Source: Octopus bimaculoides
Lineage: Eukaryota
Direction of reading: 5' to 3'
DNA: 49,372 bases
Assembly (NCBI RefSeq): GCF_001194135.2
Contig: NC_068981.1
Location: forward strand, 58,676,251-58,725,622
The translations under genes and the position numbers were made by a program. The notes beneath the pieces are model-generated. The model saw only the letters and a list, made by a program, of their open reading frames with translations. It made no database searches and was not told the origin of the DNA. Shown piece by piece: positions 1 to 13,815 of the stretch; position 1 is the first letter of the stretch; each line of letters starts with the position of its first letter.

Positions 1-939
1 AGGTGTCCAGCCAAAAGATATGATTCTTTGAGGCTCTACAATTATTTGTCCTTGTGTGATGATTAAGCTTTGACACCTCTTGTTTGAGTGTCTTGTGACA
101 CAGTGCATGGAAAGCTTTGACTGACTTGGATTTTGTTTGTTCTTTTAAGTTAATATGCTTAATTTCTTGCTTCAGTATAAGAGCTTTTAGCATGCATAAT
201 TTTATATTATATACTAGTTAAGTTTTTGTTCATTGACAATTAGTAACTTTGTAGCTGTTGGTTGTAACTGCTAATAACTTATAAATCTTGACAAAACATT
301 TCTCCATTCCATTATTGCTTTGGCTATTGTACATGTCTTCTATGCACAATCTTATTCTGTTTTTCTCAGATTTAGTCTGTTCCTATGTTTCAATGTTGAG
401 TGGTTTAGTTGTTGGAAGAATACATTCTCTAGAAATGATGTAAACATAGTAGATTGGGTTACACTATTCCATTTCCTAACAAAAATGACAACTTGTATGT
501 AGTTGCCTGATTTACAAGAAACAGCTGCCAGATTTCCATCATACCCTGTTGTCCCAACAAATACAGGACACAGTGGTAACTGAATTGCCTTTGGGAATAG
601 GCTGGCTTGAGCTATTCTCTTTCATGACACCTGTTCATTGTCATTCAGTAGTACCACTTGATCTTGAGAAATTTGAAACTTAAAATTAGACATGAACAAA
701 ATATTCTTTTTTGTTTGTCATGTAAATCTTCAAGCTAAACTGTTTACCCCTGGGTTCCACGTGTCTCTTTAATAGGTTGCCCATTAAACTGCAACACAAG
801 CAATTTTGTCTTACTAATTTTCCCCCCTCTTACATAGCAACATATTTACCTAAAGTGTCAGCCATTTTCACTCCCAGTGCTGATGAGACTAGCTTTCACT
901 TTACTCTAACCTTATATGCCCACTTGTCTCAATAAAGAC

Positions 940-1300
940 TGTAATCACAAAGATTGGCCTTCTTCAGGAACAGATAATAGTTATAAAGCCTATTGTCCCA
1001 ACATCTGGGACTGCTTCTATTACAAATAGACGTCTTAGACTCTATTAAGAAAAATGTCATAAAGCTATTCAGACTCCCAATTTCTGGTCTGTTGTGTGCT
1101 CTTTCCTTGTTTTCGTGTTTTCTACTTACACTGACCTGGTTTTGGACCAAGCTAAGCTCAAGTCACTTTTCAGATCCATTTGTACTCCCTCCTCTACTCT
1201 CTCTCTCTCCAAACTGCACTAAATGTATCCACCTCTTCTCCATAGTAATCACCCACTCTGGAATTAAGTGTTTGTGCATGTTTTTTTTTCTGTAGTTTAA
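940..1300 (+). mobile_element. Degenerate CR1/L2-like LINE, RT C-terminal remnant
   Basis: Frameshifted YKAYCPNIW and DVLDSIKKNVIKL resemble the LYKA..EYCSHIW / LLDRIQ.KAI.LI segment seen more clearly at 23030-23480. Confidence 0.45.
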
Positions 1301-2769
1301 TAGCAACCTTGTCCCTGTTACTAGTTTTAGGAAGTAGGAGTTGATTAAAAGAGGAAAATACATTGAATAACCATTACTATTTAGTATTTACTTTCCTATG
1401 TACTGAGTTCATTCATTGTTTTTTACATGGACCTGTACTTCTGTAGTAAAAATGAAAGAGATAATTTATGGAAATCTATCCATATTCAAGATTATTTACA
1501 TTTATAATATTGCATTGTCCTTAAATCTCAACTAGACATCTATAATATTCTATTATGATTATGATGCAAGTGTTAGGGACTTGTGTGATGATTCTGGAGT
1601 GCTTATTGTAAAATCTTTATCCAGATTTGCATCAAGACCATTTAATTGTGGCTGATTACTAATGTATTATTTAATTTCTTTTTTAGGTCTCCAAGTCAAA
1701 GAAAAATAAATGGAAAAATAAAGCTTAAATATATAATAAATACTTGGTTTGTGTTCATCTTTGTATTTGTCCCACAATATTCTTTTGTGAAATTATTTTA
1801 ATTATATTTATTGTATTGCACATTGTATGATATATTCATATTTAAATTATGGTTACTAAGTCTTCATTATTTTCACAGTACCTTGTATGTATTATATATT
1901 CAAACAATTTTTTTTTATTACATCAAAATGAAAAGCTTTGTGATCATGAGTCAAATATGAGTGTAAATAATATGTAATAAATATACTCGAGATAATTTCA
2001 GGCATAGGATTTGTAAATTAAATTTTTGTCTTGCATAGTACTTCTTTAATGCTTGTCTCTCATGCATGGATTGGGCGATTTGACAGACAGGATTCAATGA
2101 ACCAGAGGGTTGCTTGAGCTCCAATTTCTGCTTTGGCATGGTTACTACAGTTGGATGCTTGTTCAAGGACCAACAACTTTGCATTGAACTGGTTGCTTTC
2201 TTCATAGAATCTTCCAACCACATAACTCACAAGACCCCTCAACTGTGTGGGGTTGTGCTATAATAGACAGGATTGAGATGGGTGGGTAGGTATCTTTGAA
2301 AGGTGAGAGAGACGTGGTTTGAGATAAATGCAGTGAACAGTGAATGTTTGGACTGGGTCTTGGGAGATTGATTTGATGACTGAAAGTAGGTGGAAAGTAG
2401 TAGTAAAACTACATAGATGAGAAATGGTGGTGGGGGTATGCAGGGGTCAAGCATGCAAAGAAGGATATAGTGAACAGGTAAGTGTTAGCAATTTGTGAAA
2501 GGATGAGGTATGGTAGTCTTCCTTTGACAGGTTTCATCTCTGAATGCAGATGTTAGTAAATTTCCTTTCTGTCAATGTTTTGTTTGAAAACTTACTAAGT
2601 TTGAACTGGAAATTTGGTTAAACATAATAAAGGACACTGGTAATGATATGGAAGTGATAATTTCCTGCTATTATTGTTATTACCCTTTATAAAAAAAATC
2701 AAATTTCTTTTTACTTTTATCTTTGTGAGCTGTACAAGCCATGCACTGGTGCTGTCAGTCAGGTGAGGG

Positions 2770-3230
2770 TAGGCCATGATGAATTTAGCATACAGGTAGG
2801 GGTTGACCAGGGCTCCGTTCTCAGCCCACTCTTATTTATTAAGAGGCCATGACAGGAATTCAAAACTGAGTGCCTGTGGGAATTGCTATATGCTGATGAC
2901 CATGCTCTTATTGCAGAATCGGAGAAGTTTCAGGTATGGAAACAAAACCTGGAAATCAAAGGGCCTTGGTGTTAATCTAGCAATGGCCAAAGTTGTCAGT
3001 AAGAAAGACAATAAAACTCTGTCAGGTAAATGGCCTTGCTCAGTATGTAGGAAAGGGGTTGGAAGAAATTCCATTTGCTGTGCGGATCACAGGTAGATTG
3101 ACAGTCTTTGTATGTGACATGTGCAGAACTAAAAGCACTTCAAATGCCCAGGAGGCTCTCTTGAGGTTGTAGATAGATTCTGTTACCTAGGTGACCAAAT
3201 TAGTAATGGAGGATAATTGTTACAATGTGA
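2770..3230 (+). mobile_element. RTE-like LINE reverse transcriptase fragment
   Basis: Frameshifted QGSVLSPLLF, WELLYADD (YADD 2889-2900), SKGLGVN, WPCSVCRKGVGRNSI, VDRFCYLGD. Confidence 0.8.
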
Positions 3231-3625
3231 AGAAAGTATCCAAAATAACAATGCAAATTTCATGCTGAAAGACAGTTTATCTAGTGAAGTCACATCATCT
3301 CAAAGATCTGAGATAATGCTTGATTAATTCAGATCAATCTGATGTATTAAAAGCATTACATTTGGCTCAGTGATCTGAATGCTAAAGGATATAAAAAGAT
3401 GTCATTTAAATATGAAAAGATTATTGCAGATGCGTTGGTATTATAACTCAGAATTTTGAGCAACTGAGGACATGCATTAATAAAATATTTTGTAGACTTT
3501 AATATTACAATTAGCTCTTAATGAAATATGGAGCATACACTAACGTAAGACATCTTATTGAAACATATCTAGTATTTCAATTGATTTTGCATTAAATTTC
3601 ATCAAGCTTATACTGGATGTATTAT

Positions 3626-3631
3626 TTTATT
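3626..3631 (-). terminator. Candidate NUDCD1 polyadenylation signal AATAAA
   Basis: First canonical AATAAA about 130 nt after the stop. The sequence is AT-rich, so chance occurrence is plausible. Confidence 0.35.
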
Positions 3632-3759
3632 CTTACATATTTTGGAATTGATTTGTAGAATAGTTCAAGGTATGAATAACAAGAACAAAAAAAACAAGAG
3701 AAACTCAAAACCAATATTTCATTAATTTAATTGGAAAATGAGCAATAAGGCAATGAAGT

Positions 3760-4221
3760 TTAATGTAATTCCATATTGACAGCTAGAAGTTTGGTTGGTG
3801 TTAAAATAAAAAGATAATGATTAGTTGCCTGGACACCCATAATATTTTCTGCTGCTTCCAAAGAGAGTACTTGCTGCTTAGCAACAGCTGTTACTTGATG
3901 TCCAGTCTTACGGTTTCTAATTGATGAAGTAATGGCTAATGGTTGACGATAGATGTAACAATGTTTTGAACAATCACTGATGATTGCATAAGAGAAGTCA
4001 GGTGGACAAGTTGAAAATTTCTTTTGTTGTTTTGAAGCTTGAACATAACCAAATGCATTGAATGTTGCTACATGCCGCCATGGTTGTGTAGCTAAGTCAA
4101 AGCTGTCATCATCACCTAATTGCCACACTAAACCATCAACATCATGGCGTAGACAAACAGCAGGAGCTTTCTCAACATCAGTGAAGGTGTTGAAAAGCCA
4201 CTGATGACTTCCAAGATGGGC
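3760..4221 (-). CDS. NUDCD1: NUDCD1 exon 9, terminal (AHLGSHQWLF...NMELH*)
   Basis: catttcAG acceptor; 462 nt to TAA at 3762-3760. Confidence 0.95.
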   Translation of the reverse strand, partial: AHLGSHQWLFNTFTDVEKAPAVCLRHDVDGLVWQLGDDDSFDLATQPWRHVATFNAFGYVQASKQQKKFSTCPPDFSYAIISDCSKHCYIYRQPLAITSSIRNRKTGHQVTAVAKQQVLSLEAAENIMGVQATNHYLFILTPTKLLAVNMELH

Positions 4222-7200
4222 CTGAAATGTAGGAGTGAATAATTGGATTTCAGATAGTCAAATAAATTTTATACTGTGAGAAAAAGTTGGAGAGAATTAT
4301 AAATATTTCATCTGTTAATACAATACAGTATGATGTTATCACTTTCCTTGGATTTTACTGTTCCACTACACAAATAGAAGGCTTGTACATAATATGGAAT
4401 GGATCTCAGTATAAGCTGACATAAATAACATGCACAATATACATGATTGCAATCTTTCAACTGTACTATTAGCTAACAACTTGTTACTTGGGTAACCTTA
4501 AGTAGCAGTTGAAACTGCATAGAAAAAGAATAATGAAAATTTAATGGAAGGGGCGAAAGCTCAGAGAGCTATTTGTTATTGCAGTTAGCAACAAAGTTCT
4601 TCAAGAGTGGAGCAGATTATATGATGGTTGTATGCAAAGTGAAGTGTTGTATAGAAGTGAGATATATGCACTAATTGCAGAGAGTGTATGAATGCTGGGA
4701 AGAAACGAGATAGCTATGCTCTACTGGATGAATAAATCACCATGCATGAATGACACCATGGGTGATCTGAGAGAAAAAGAAACTAGTTGTAGCTTGAAAT
4801 CTACACTACATTGGACATGCGATGCATACAAAGAATGACTATATAACAATATGGCTAAGAAGAGTCAAATGTGCCATTTGGAAGGAGCTTGTGGGTATGG
4901 TGAAGGTTGCATAACCTCACACAGATGACAAAATCGTAAAACGATGTGACATAATGGCCTACCCATGCTGCTATGGGAGAATGGAGGTGAAATGATAAGA
5001 TGGAAAGAAAATGAAGTTACCTGGTGTGTAATTTCATGTTTGACACCATCAATACGCACTAACATGGCCTGTGTATCGGGATATGCATCACAATCTTCTA
5101 ACTGTTGGCTGTTGAAGGGTTTATTGTGCTTGTCTGGATCAGGATTCTACAGAGATAGAATAATAGAAATGAAAATAATATTAAAAAAAACAACAACCAT
5201 TACATATGATTGTTTCTCAGAGAGATGCATTTTCTAAGTCTTAGAATTGCTAATACCCTTTAACGACCTGTGTTGGAACATGTGGACTAGATAATGTAAG
5301 ACTGGATTTCCAGCAGAACAATATTGCTAATGACAATTTCTGTTTCATTTTTAGATTAATGAGCTGTGAAAATAAAATATTTTATTGCATTAGTTGAATC
5401 AGTAATGAGATTTAACCTTTGTTCTCAGTTACCAGCTGATGACACATGCCAATCAACACCTATTAGTACTAGAACTGTCTTTAACATCCATTAGTCGAAG
5501 TATTCTTACTCTTAAGTATAGTATTTCATTTAACATTTGAAAAATAAAGTTATGTACATTTATATTTAACACACTCAAATGTAGAAAGACCTTGACTGGA
5601 AAATGCCTTGGAAGAGAAATTCTCCTTACAGGCAATGTATGTGAAAACACTAAACTGGACATTGACTGAAGTCATCAAACCGTAGGACAAGTTTCTGTGT
5701 TATTATGCTTCATCAGTAACAGATCTTAATTGATTATGCAAACAGCAGATCTATTTCATAAAGCAAATTGAAATTTTGAAAGATAAACATGAATTTTACA
5801 CTGAAGATAACCTTGGAGTGGTTGGCGTTAGGAAGGGCATCCAGCTGTAGAAATTGCCAAATTTAGATTGGAGCCTGGTGTTGCCATCCGGTTTCATCAG
5901 TCCTCAGTCAAATCGTCCAACCCATGCTAGCTTGGAAAGCGGACGTTAAACGATGATGATGATGATATATGTATGTGCATATATATATATATAAATATAA
6001 TTGTAGATATTTTATTTATTAAATGATAAAGAAGAGCATGTATTTTATTCAATCAACTCCTTTAAATACAGTTTTGCAGCAAGTAATTGACTATAACTGT
6101 GAACACTCATAAACCATAGATATGACATTAATATCTTCTAGTTACAAAATATAGACGAAAAGGGTACTGACCCATTGTTCAGAAGTTAGATGAGATAACC
6201 TATTGTGTATCTCAGCCAGTTGTTCCTCAGATGTAACCATTTCACCACGCATATTACCTCTGACAACAAGAGACCACATACTTCCATCTCTCTTGGACAG
6301 ATACACTTCAAGTCTACAATATATAAATAAATAGAAACAAAATGAGTATATAAAAATGGTTTTACAGAAAGGAAATGCTTATGTTCTGATATGTCTAACC
6401 ATGTGTTTTTATTTTACTCATAATAAATATGTTGAAAGAGAATAAAATTATCCATCGACTATTAATTTTTTTTGCATAAGCACAAGGCTTATTTTGCTTG
6501 TAGTTAATTGAGCTTACAATAATATCTTGGTAAAAGGTTTCAACACAATATAAGATGGAACTAAATGCTGAACACTACTTAATCTGACTTTCCACTATTT
6601 CTGTCAACTTGAAATCTATTTTAACACATATCAATGAGGGTCCTGATTTTTTTTTAATAAAAAGCCTTAATATGATCTAAATTAAAAGACAATATAATGA
6701 ATGATTCAAACCAATTGTGTGACAGTTACACATGTATATGATCAAATGGTATCTTTTGAAACATGAATTTTAACATATCTATATTTTATTGTTGGTATGG
6801 ACTGGTAAATTTTCTAGAAAGGCTATAAAGCACCATAAAAGTTTTTTTTCTTCATGAATATTATATTTGTTAGCTTGGGACTAGAAATGCAATATAACTG
6901 GATGAGTTTACTGTGGTTAATGCTTATATGTAGTAGATATGTAAACATGGCAAATTTAACTATTTCTCTACAGATTGAAAAACAACCTTGATCGATTTTC
7001 AAACCTTAGGTTCTCATCAGAGATGTTTACATCACTTGATCAATCACAGAAAAATAAGTAGCCAATCCAGTAGCTTCAGAGATATGGGGTTACTAATTTG
7101 CATAATATATGTGTTTAGCACTTTATTTAATATTGTCAGTGGGGATCTCAGTTCACATAGTATATAATTTTAACACCCACTTTTCTATACTTGCATGGCT

Positions 7201-9990
7201 CAGATAGAATTTAGTGGAGTACATTTTCTACTATCAGATACCCTTCCTGTTAACAAGCATCACATGTTTCTAAGCAAGGTAATAATATTTCCCCATTGCT
7301 GGACATGTTTACATGGAAGATTGGAAGCGAGTATCACTGCTTGTATGATGGTGATACATCTTTACAACTATAGTGTGATGTTAAGACAAAGAAACACATG
7401 CACATGTGCGCACACACACACTCTCGCTCACAACAGTCTTCTTTTAATTGCCATGTACCAATTCATTAAAAAAGGTTTTTGTCAGCTTGGGACTATAGTT
7501 GAAGACACTTGCCCAAGGTGCTGTGCAGTGAAAGTGACCCCAAAACCATGTGTTTGGGAAGCAGAAATCTTAACCACACACACATGCAAAATAATAACTT
7601 CCTACTTGTTATCATTTAAAGTCCATGTAGATTCTTGTGTGTTAATTAGATGGTCAAGTTGTCCTGATAACAACTGGTTACCAGTTTTAAAGCCTACATC
7701 AATGTAATCAGATTGAAGAGTGATGTAAATTGATTCTTTTGGTGTTCCTTCTGGCAGCAAAAAATGAACAGTAATAGACTCTGCATTCTGCATCCACGTG
7801 TATTCAGGGGCTGTAAGTAAAAATTGAAAGGTATTATATTCATGTGTATATATACAGGGTGCGTAAGGTATTTGAGGACATACCTTTTTTGGGTCATTGC
7901 TGCATTTTTTGCTAACTGTGTATAATCTTTGTTTCAGAAAATGATAATGACAGACCCTCAGCTTACTCAAGAAACGAAGAGGCATGCTCTTATTGTGGTT
8001 ATAAAGGCTGAGCATTGTGATTTAGAAATACCTCGATTTTTAAAAGTTGCCAGATCTTTCATCTACAAAGTTTGTAAGGAGCTAGAGACTGAAGATAGAA
8101 ACATATCACCAGTATCAAACCATAAAAAGCATTCTAAAATCTCTGAAACCATCAGAACACCTGAATTTATCCAGTAAGTTCAACAGACCATTGATTATAA
8201 TCCCCAAAAGTCCATGAGGTCAATTGCAAAAGATCACTATGTATCAGAAGGAACAGTCAGAAATGTTGTCCACAAAGACACCAGATATAGGTCTTATATG
8301 ATGGGGAAAGGTCAATTTGTCAGAAAAAAGCAAAAGGAAACCACTACATCAGCTCTAAAAGGCTATTAAACAAACTGAAAAATCCAGCAGAAGAAGATTT
8401 GATTTGGTTTTTCTCAAACAAGAAAAACTTCGACCAAAATCAAAAAGTTAACAGAAGAAATAACAGATGGTTATGTGTTGACCCTTCTGAAGTTCCATGT
8501 GTTATGCATACAAAATTTCCTCTCACTCTCATGGGTTTAGGGGTTGTCAGCAATGAAGGACGTGTGATGCCTCCTTACTTCTTTCCACAAAGCCTTAGAA
8601 TTAACTCTGCTACCTTACACTGAGGTCCTGGATAGACAGTGTATGTAATGGAAGGTCATGTGTTTCAGTAAGACTCTGCACTATCACACATGGCTCTATT
8701 AATACAGGAAGGGATGGATGAGAATTTTCATGATCACATAACCCCTAACATTTGGCCTTCTAATTCCCCAGATCTCAATCCATTGGACTATTACATGTGG
8801 AGCATTGTCGAGAGAGAGGTCAATGAACATGCCTATAATACCAAAGATTTTTTGAAGGCTGCCATAGTCAAACTAATGTCCAAAATGAACCAGGACAACT
8901 TGATTTGAGCATGTAGATGACTTAGGTCTCATATAGAAGCAGTTGTTGAAGCTGAAGGTGGCTTTATTGAATAACATTATAAAAAAGGTTTATTTTTATT
9001 CTCATAACATTTTTTGATAAATAAAGTTATTATCTGTTATTATATAGCTGTTTTTTATAAACATAAATTTGTCCTCAAATATCCTGTGCACCCTTTGCGT
9101 GTGTGTATATATATATATATATATAAGTGTATAAATGAACTTATTCCATCACAATCGTTTATTTATTTATCTGTTGTACACATGTCTTTTTCTTATATAA
9201 CAATCATTGTTTTTAATTCCCACTTTTCCATGCTTGCAAGGGTAAGACAGAATTCATTGATGCAGATTTTCTACAGTCTGATACCTTCCCTGTTGCCAAT
9301 TCCTACTTGTATCCAAAGAAGGTAGTATTTCCCCATAATTGGACATGCTTTCATGAAAGATTTGGAAATGAAAGACATGGCTTGTGTGATAATGAGGTAC
9401 AAACAGCCACACACACACACACACATACATAAGTACATATACTACACACACACATATAAATATATATTGCTAGGTTGGAAAAAGAGATGTAAAAATGAAT
9501 ACATCATTTAATAATATACCATATAAACATAGATGTACAAATACACACACACACACACACACATCTTGGTACTGACCAGGCTATTGGACGTTGTTATACA
9601 TCACTGGTCACAATGCACTTTGTGTTGTTTTAGCTTCTGAATGATGCCACACCACTGACTAGGCAAGCAGGCCAACATTCTCCCTGATTGGAAGACTAAT
9701 CCATTGCAGGGTTACCCATTTACAGCTGAGGGGACTGGAGCAACATGAAATGAAGTGTTTTGCTCAAGAACACAATGTGCAGCTGGTCTGAGAATTGAAA
9801 CCACGATCTCATGATTGTGAGTGGAACATCCCTAACAGCTAGTTTCCATCTACCAGATCCATTCACAAGATTTTGAGCAGCCCAGGGTTGCAATATAAGA
9901 CACTTACCCAAGGTGCTGCACAGTTTGACTGAACCTGAACCTATATGGTTGGGGNNNNNNNNNNNNNNNNNNNNNNNNNNNNNNNNNNNN

Positions 9991-10025
<35 letters not shown>

Positions 10026-11310
10026 CGAAAAAGCAAAATCGTGATGGCACCTGTGCCAAGCGTCACCTTCCTGGCACATGTAAAGACATTTGAGCAAGAT
10101 CGTTGCCAGTGTCGCTGGACTGGCTCCTGTGCTGGTGGCACGTAAAAACACCCACTACACTCTCGCAGTGGTTGGTGTTAGGAAGGGCATCCAGCTGTAG
10201 AAACTCTGCCAAATCAGATTGGAACCTGGTATAGCCATCTGGTTCAGTCCTCAGTCAAATCGTCCAATCCATGCTAGCATGGAAAGCGGACGTTAAACGA
10301 TGATGATGATATATATATATATATATAGTAAATGAGAGACAGAAGATGGAAGATAGGAGAATTTTTATTAATCGCTACAATTGTTTTGACACATCTAGCA
10401 TCGATCCCTCATGGGTGGGATACTTTACAACTGGTTCAGGAGCATCCGACATGCAGATGTGTCTCTCTCTCTTCCCCTCCTGCTTCCCTTTCTATTTAAC
10501 ATTTCTTTGTAGATTTTCATTAGTTGCATAGGAGTAAAGAGGTACCTTTAACATCATTCAAAATCACTTAATGGATGGTAATGAAATGCTAGTTACTTAT
10601 TTATCAACTAAGTATCCTTTATGATAGTAAAATTATGTCCACATTCATACTTATTACGAGATACTTACGACAATCATCTTTTAATGGTTCTTTTTCTTCA
10701 GTTGTATTTATTGGTCGCTCAGAATCATAAATCATTTGAAATAGTCTATCTCCTGCTATATAAATGGCTTTACCACTCTTTTCAAAAAAACAGCAGTCAG
10801 CACTTCGGGAGCTACGTAATCTTCGAGTTTGCTTCACAGACCAAATCTGTTTATCATCTGAGGAAGAAGAAGAAATAAAAAAGTAAGTCTGAACTCCACT
10901 AGAGGCAGCCAAAGGCTAGGTGGTGGTCTTAGATTGGCAATAAAACTTACAATTCAAAAACACATACAGTCTATCAGATTTTAACAAAGTTATTGTTTAT
11001 CCAATTTCACTAACAGAGAATACTTGATCAAAGTGTGATACTGTGGGATGAAACACAAAACTCTAAAACATGTGCCTGAAAAGTGAACTACTTAATAATA
11101 CAGCGATACTTGTATTAATATAATGATGAAGCAAAAAAAAAAAAAAATCAAATGATTATAGGTGCAGGCACAGCTGTGTTGCATTGCAACAACGTGGCTT
11201 TGGGTTGAGTCCAACTGTGTGGGACTTTATGCAAGTGTACTCTACTATAGCTCCAGGCTGAGCAATGCCTTGTGAGTAAATTTGTTAAATGGAAACTGTG
11301 TGGAAGCCTG

Positions 11311-11353
<43 letters not shown>

Positions 11354-12839
11354 TCTGTATAGAAAGAAGTTGTTCTTTCTTAGGGATATACTAGGAGAGA
11401 TACCCAGCCTTGCTCGGGATTAAAATGGCATGGATTTTTGTTGTTTTACTTGTTTCAGTCATGTGACTGCGGCCATGCTGGAGCACCACCGTTGGTCGAA
11501 GAAATCAATCACAGGATTTACTCTTTGTAAGCCTAGTACCCATTGTGTCAGTGTCTTTTACCAAACCGCTAAGTTATGGGAATGTAAACAGCAACATCAG
11601 TTGTCAAGCAATGGTGGGGGTACAAACACAAGACACGCACACACATACACATACATATACGACAGTCTTCTTTCAATTTCCGAATATGAAATCCACTCAC
11701 AAGGTTTTGGTAGTCCTTATTTTTATCTTTAATCAATCAAATTAGTTTACTTAGACTGGTGCTAGCCTCTCGCTGACTATCCCTAAAGGTATTTTCATGA
11801 TTAACTATCTTTTTTATATAATTTTCCATAGAACCTATATAGTAGTAATCCTGTCCCTCAGATACAACCTTACACCCATATATAATTCCTTTTTCCCAAC
11901 AAAAAAGAATTTAATGGTCACTGTTTTCTTTTAGCGCAATCACAAGCTTTATTTTTAGTAGCACTCTGTTTCCTCACTAATAATGTTGTGCTTGAATTCT
12001 ACGCGTTCAAAGATATCCTCATTATATTTACTTTCTAAGTTTGGTATCTTGACCATTAACCTAAGGTTATTTATGTTAGTTTGTTTACTACTTTCGTTAC
12101 TATTTTCTTTGCCTATCCTAATACCTTTATTGTTTTCTCTTTTATATTTCTTGTTGCTATTATTAGTATTTATATTATTAATATTTATATTATCAATTCT
12201 GTAATTAATATTATGCTTATTGCTTCTTCTTTCTATAGATTGTATGCTTAGATCCTAGTAGGGATTCCCTTAGAATTATTTCCCTTTCTTCGTTTATTGT
12301 GCAACTCATATTATCATTGATTTTCTCGCCATTTTCGTCATCTAATAATTCATTTTTATTTTCTTTGCTCTTGGAAATCATTTAATGTTTTAGCATTTTG
12401 TGCAGCAATAATCTGTGTTATGTTTTTGATATGCATAAACTGAAACTGAATTTCTGTGAGTTTATTATTTTATGGTATTTATTTTTCTCTGAAAAATGCT
12501 TAGAGACTGCTTTGCAGAATAATTTCACTATATTAGTTCTAATTTGCTTTGCAAAAGGTATTATATTATCTTTAGAATGATTTTTATGGAGGTTTATGTC
12601 ATTTATGCATGGGGTGTAATGTTTTACAGAATTGTTAGGGATATTATCATTTAGCTTTTCAATTCCTTTTTATCCATTCCTTAATGTTTGCATATTTGTT
12701 ATATGCGTTTGATTTATTTTCATTTTCCATCTGTTTCTTGATGTTTTACTTATGTTATTCTTATCAGATTTATATTCTATTCTATCCATATTCTTTTTAT
12801 TTTTATATTTATTAATTTCTATATTAATATCATTATTGC

Positions 12840-12911
<72 letters not shown>

Positions 12912-13776
12912 GAGAGAGAGAGAGAGAGAGAGAGAAAGGGAGAGAGAGCGCGCATGTGTGTGTGTTTGTGCTTGTGTTTGTTCCCCTCCCAACTGCTTGA
13001 CAATTAGTGTTGGTTTGTTTACATCCTGTAACTTAGTGGCTCAGCAAAAGAGCTTGATAGAATAAGTACCAAACTTGAAATTAAGTACTGGAGGTTAATT
13101 TTTATAACTAAACTCTTCAAGATGGTGCCCTAGCATAGCCACAGTCCAATGACTGAAACAAGTAAAAGATAAAAAGAAAAATGTAATTATTTACCTGAAG
13201 ACAGAGTTAACCATTCAAGAACAGTCATAAAGGTAGCATTATACTTGTCCTTCAGTTCTTCATCAGCTTCATCAACATGTAGTATCAGACATTCAACAAA
13301 ATGACTCTCATTCTCAGTATGGAATAAGGCATCACATAGTATAAATAGACCACGGTTTTCACCAAGAACATCAGATTTGGTGAAACGAAGCTATGGATTA
13401 CAATTAGAATAAGACATATCCATTATCCCCCAAAGATAACTGTTATATACATAGAGGAAGAATTTACTTTCAATAAAATGTTCTGTCTATGAACATATAT
13501 AATTATAGCATGAAATATAAAATACACTGTATTGTATTACATAAATATTATAGAGAATTATGTTGACATGGATATATAAAATTTTGTTAAAACAAAAAAC
13601 GATTTGACACAATCCTGTGTTTATATATTATTAAAAAAAAATTAAAGTGTAGGTAGTTATTAAATGTATGAAGTATAACAAATTTAAATAGAATAGCAGT
13701 TTCATTACATGTGTACACCCACCCACATACAAACACACAATAATGAGTCAACTTCCATTACATATATATGATGGAA

Positions 13777-13815
<39 letters not shown>

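Noticed and set aside
11983-12204. Hydrophobic Leu/Ile-rich ORFs resembling membrane peptides (also 12752-13000 and 26914-27126)
   Set aside because: These are translations of T-rich low-complexity sequence with no splice or homology support.
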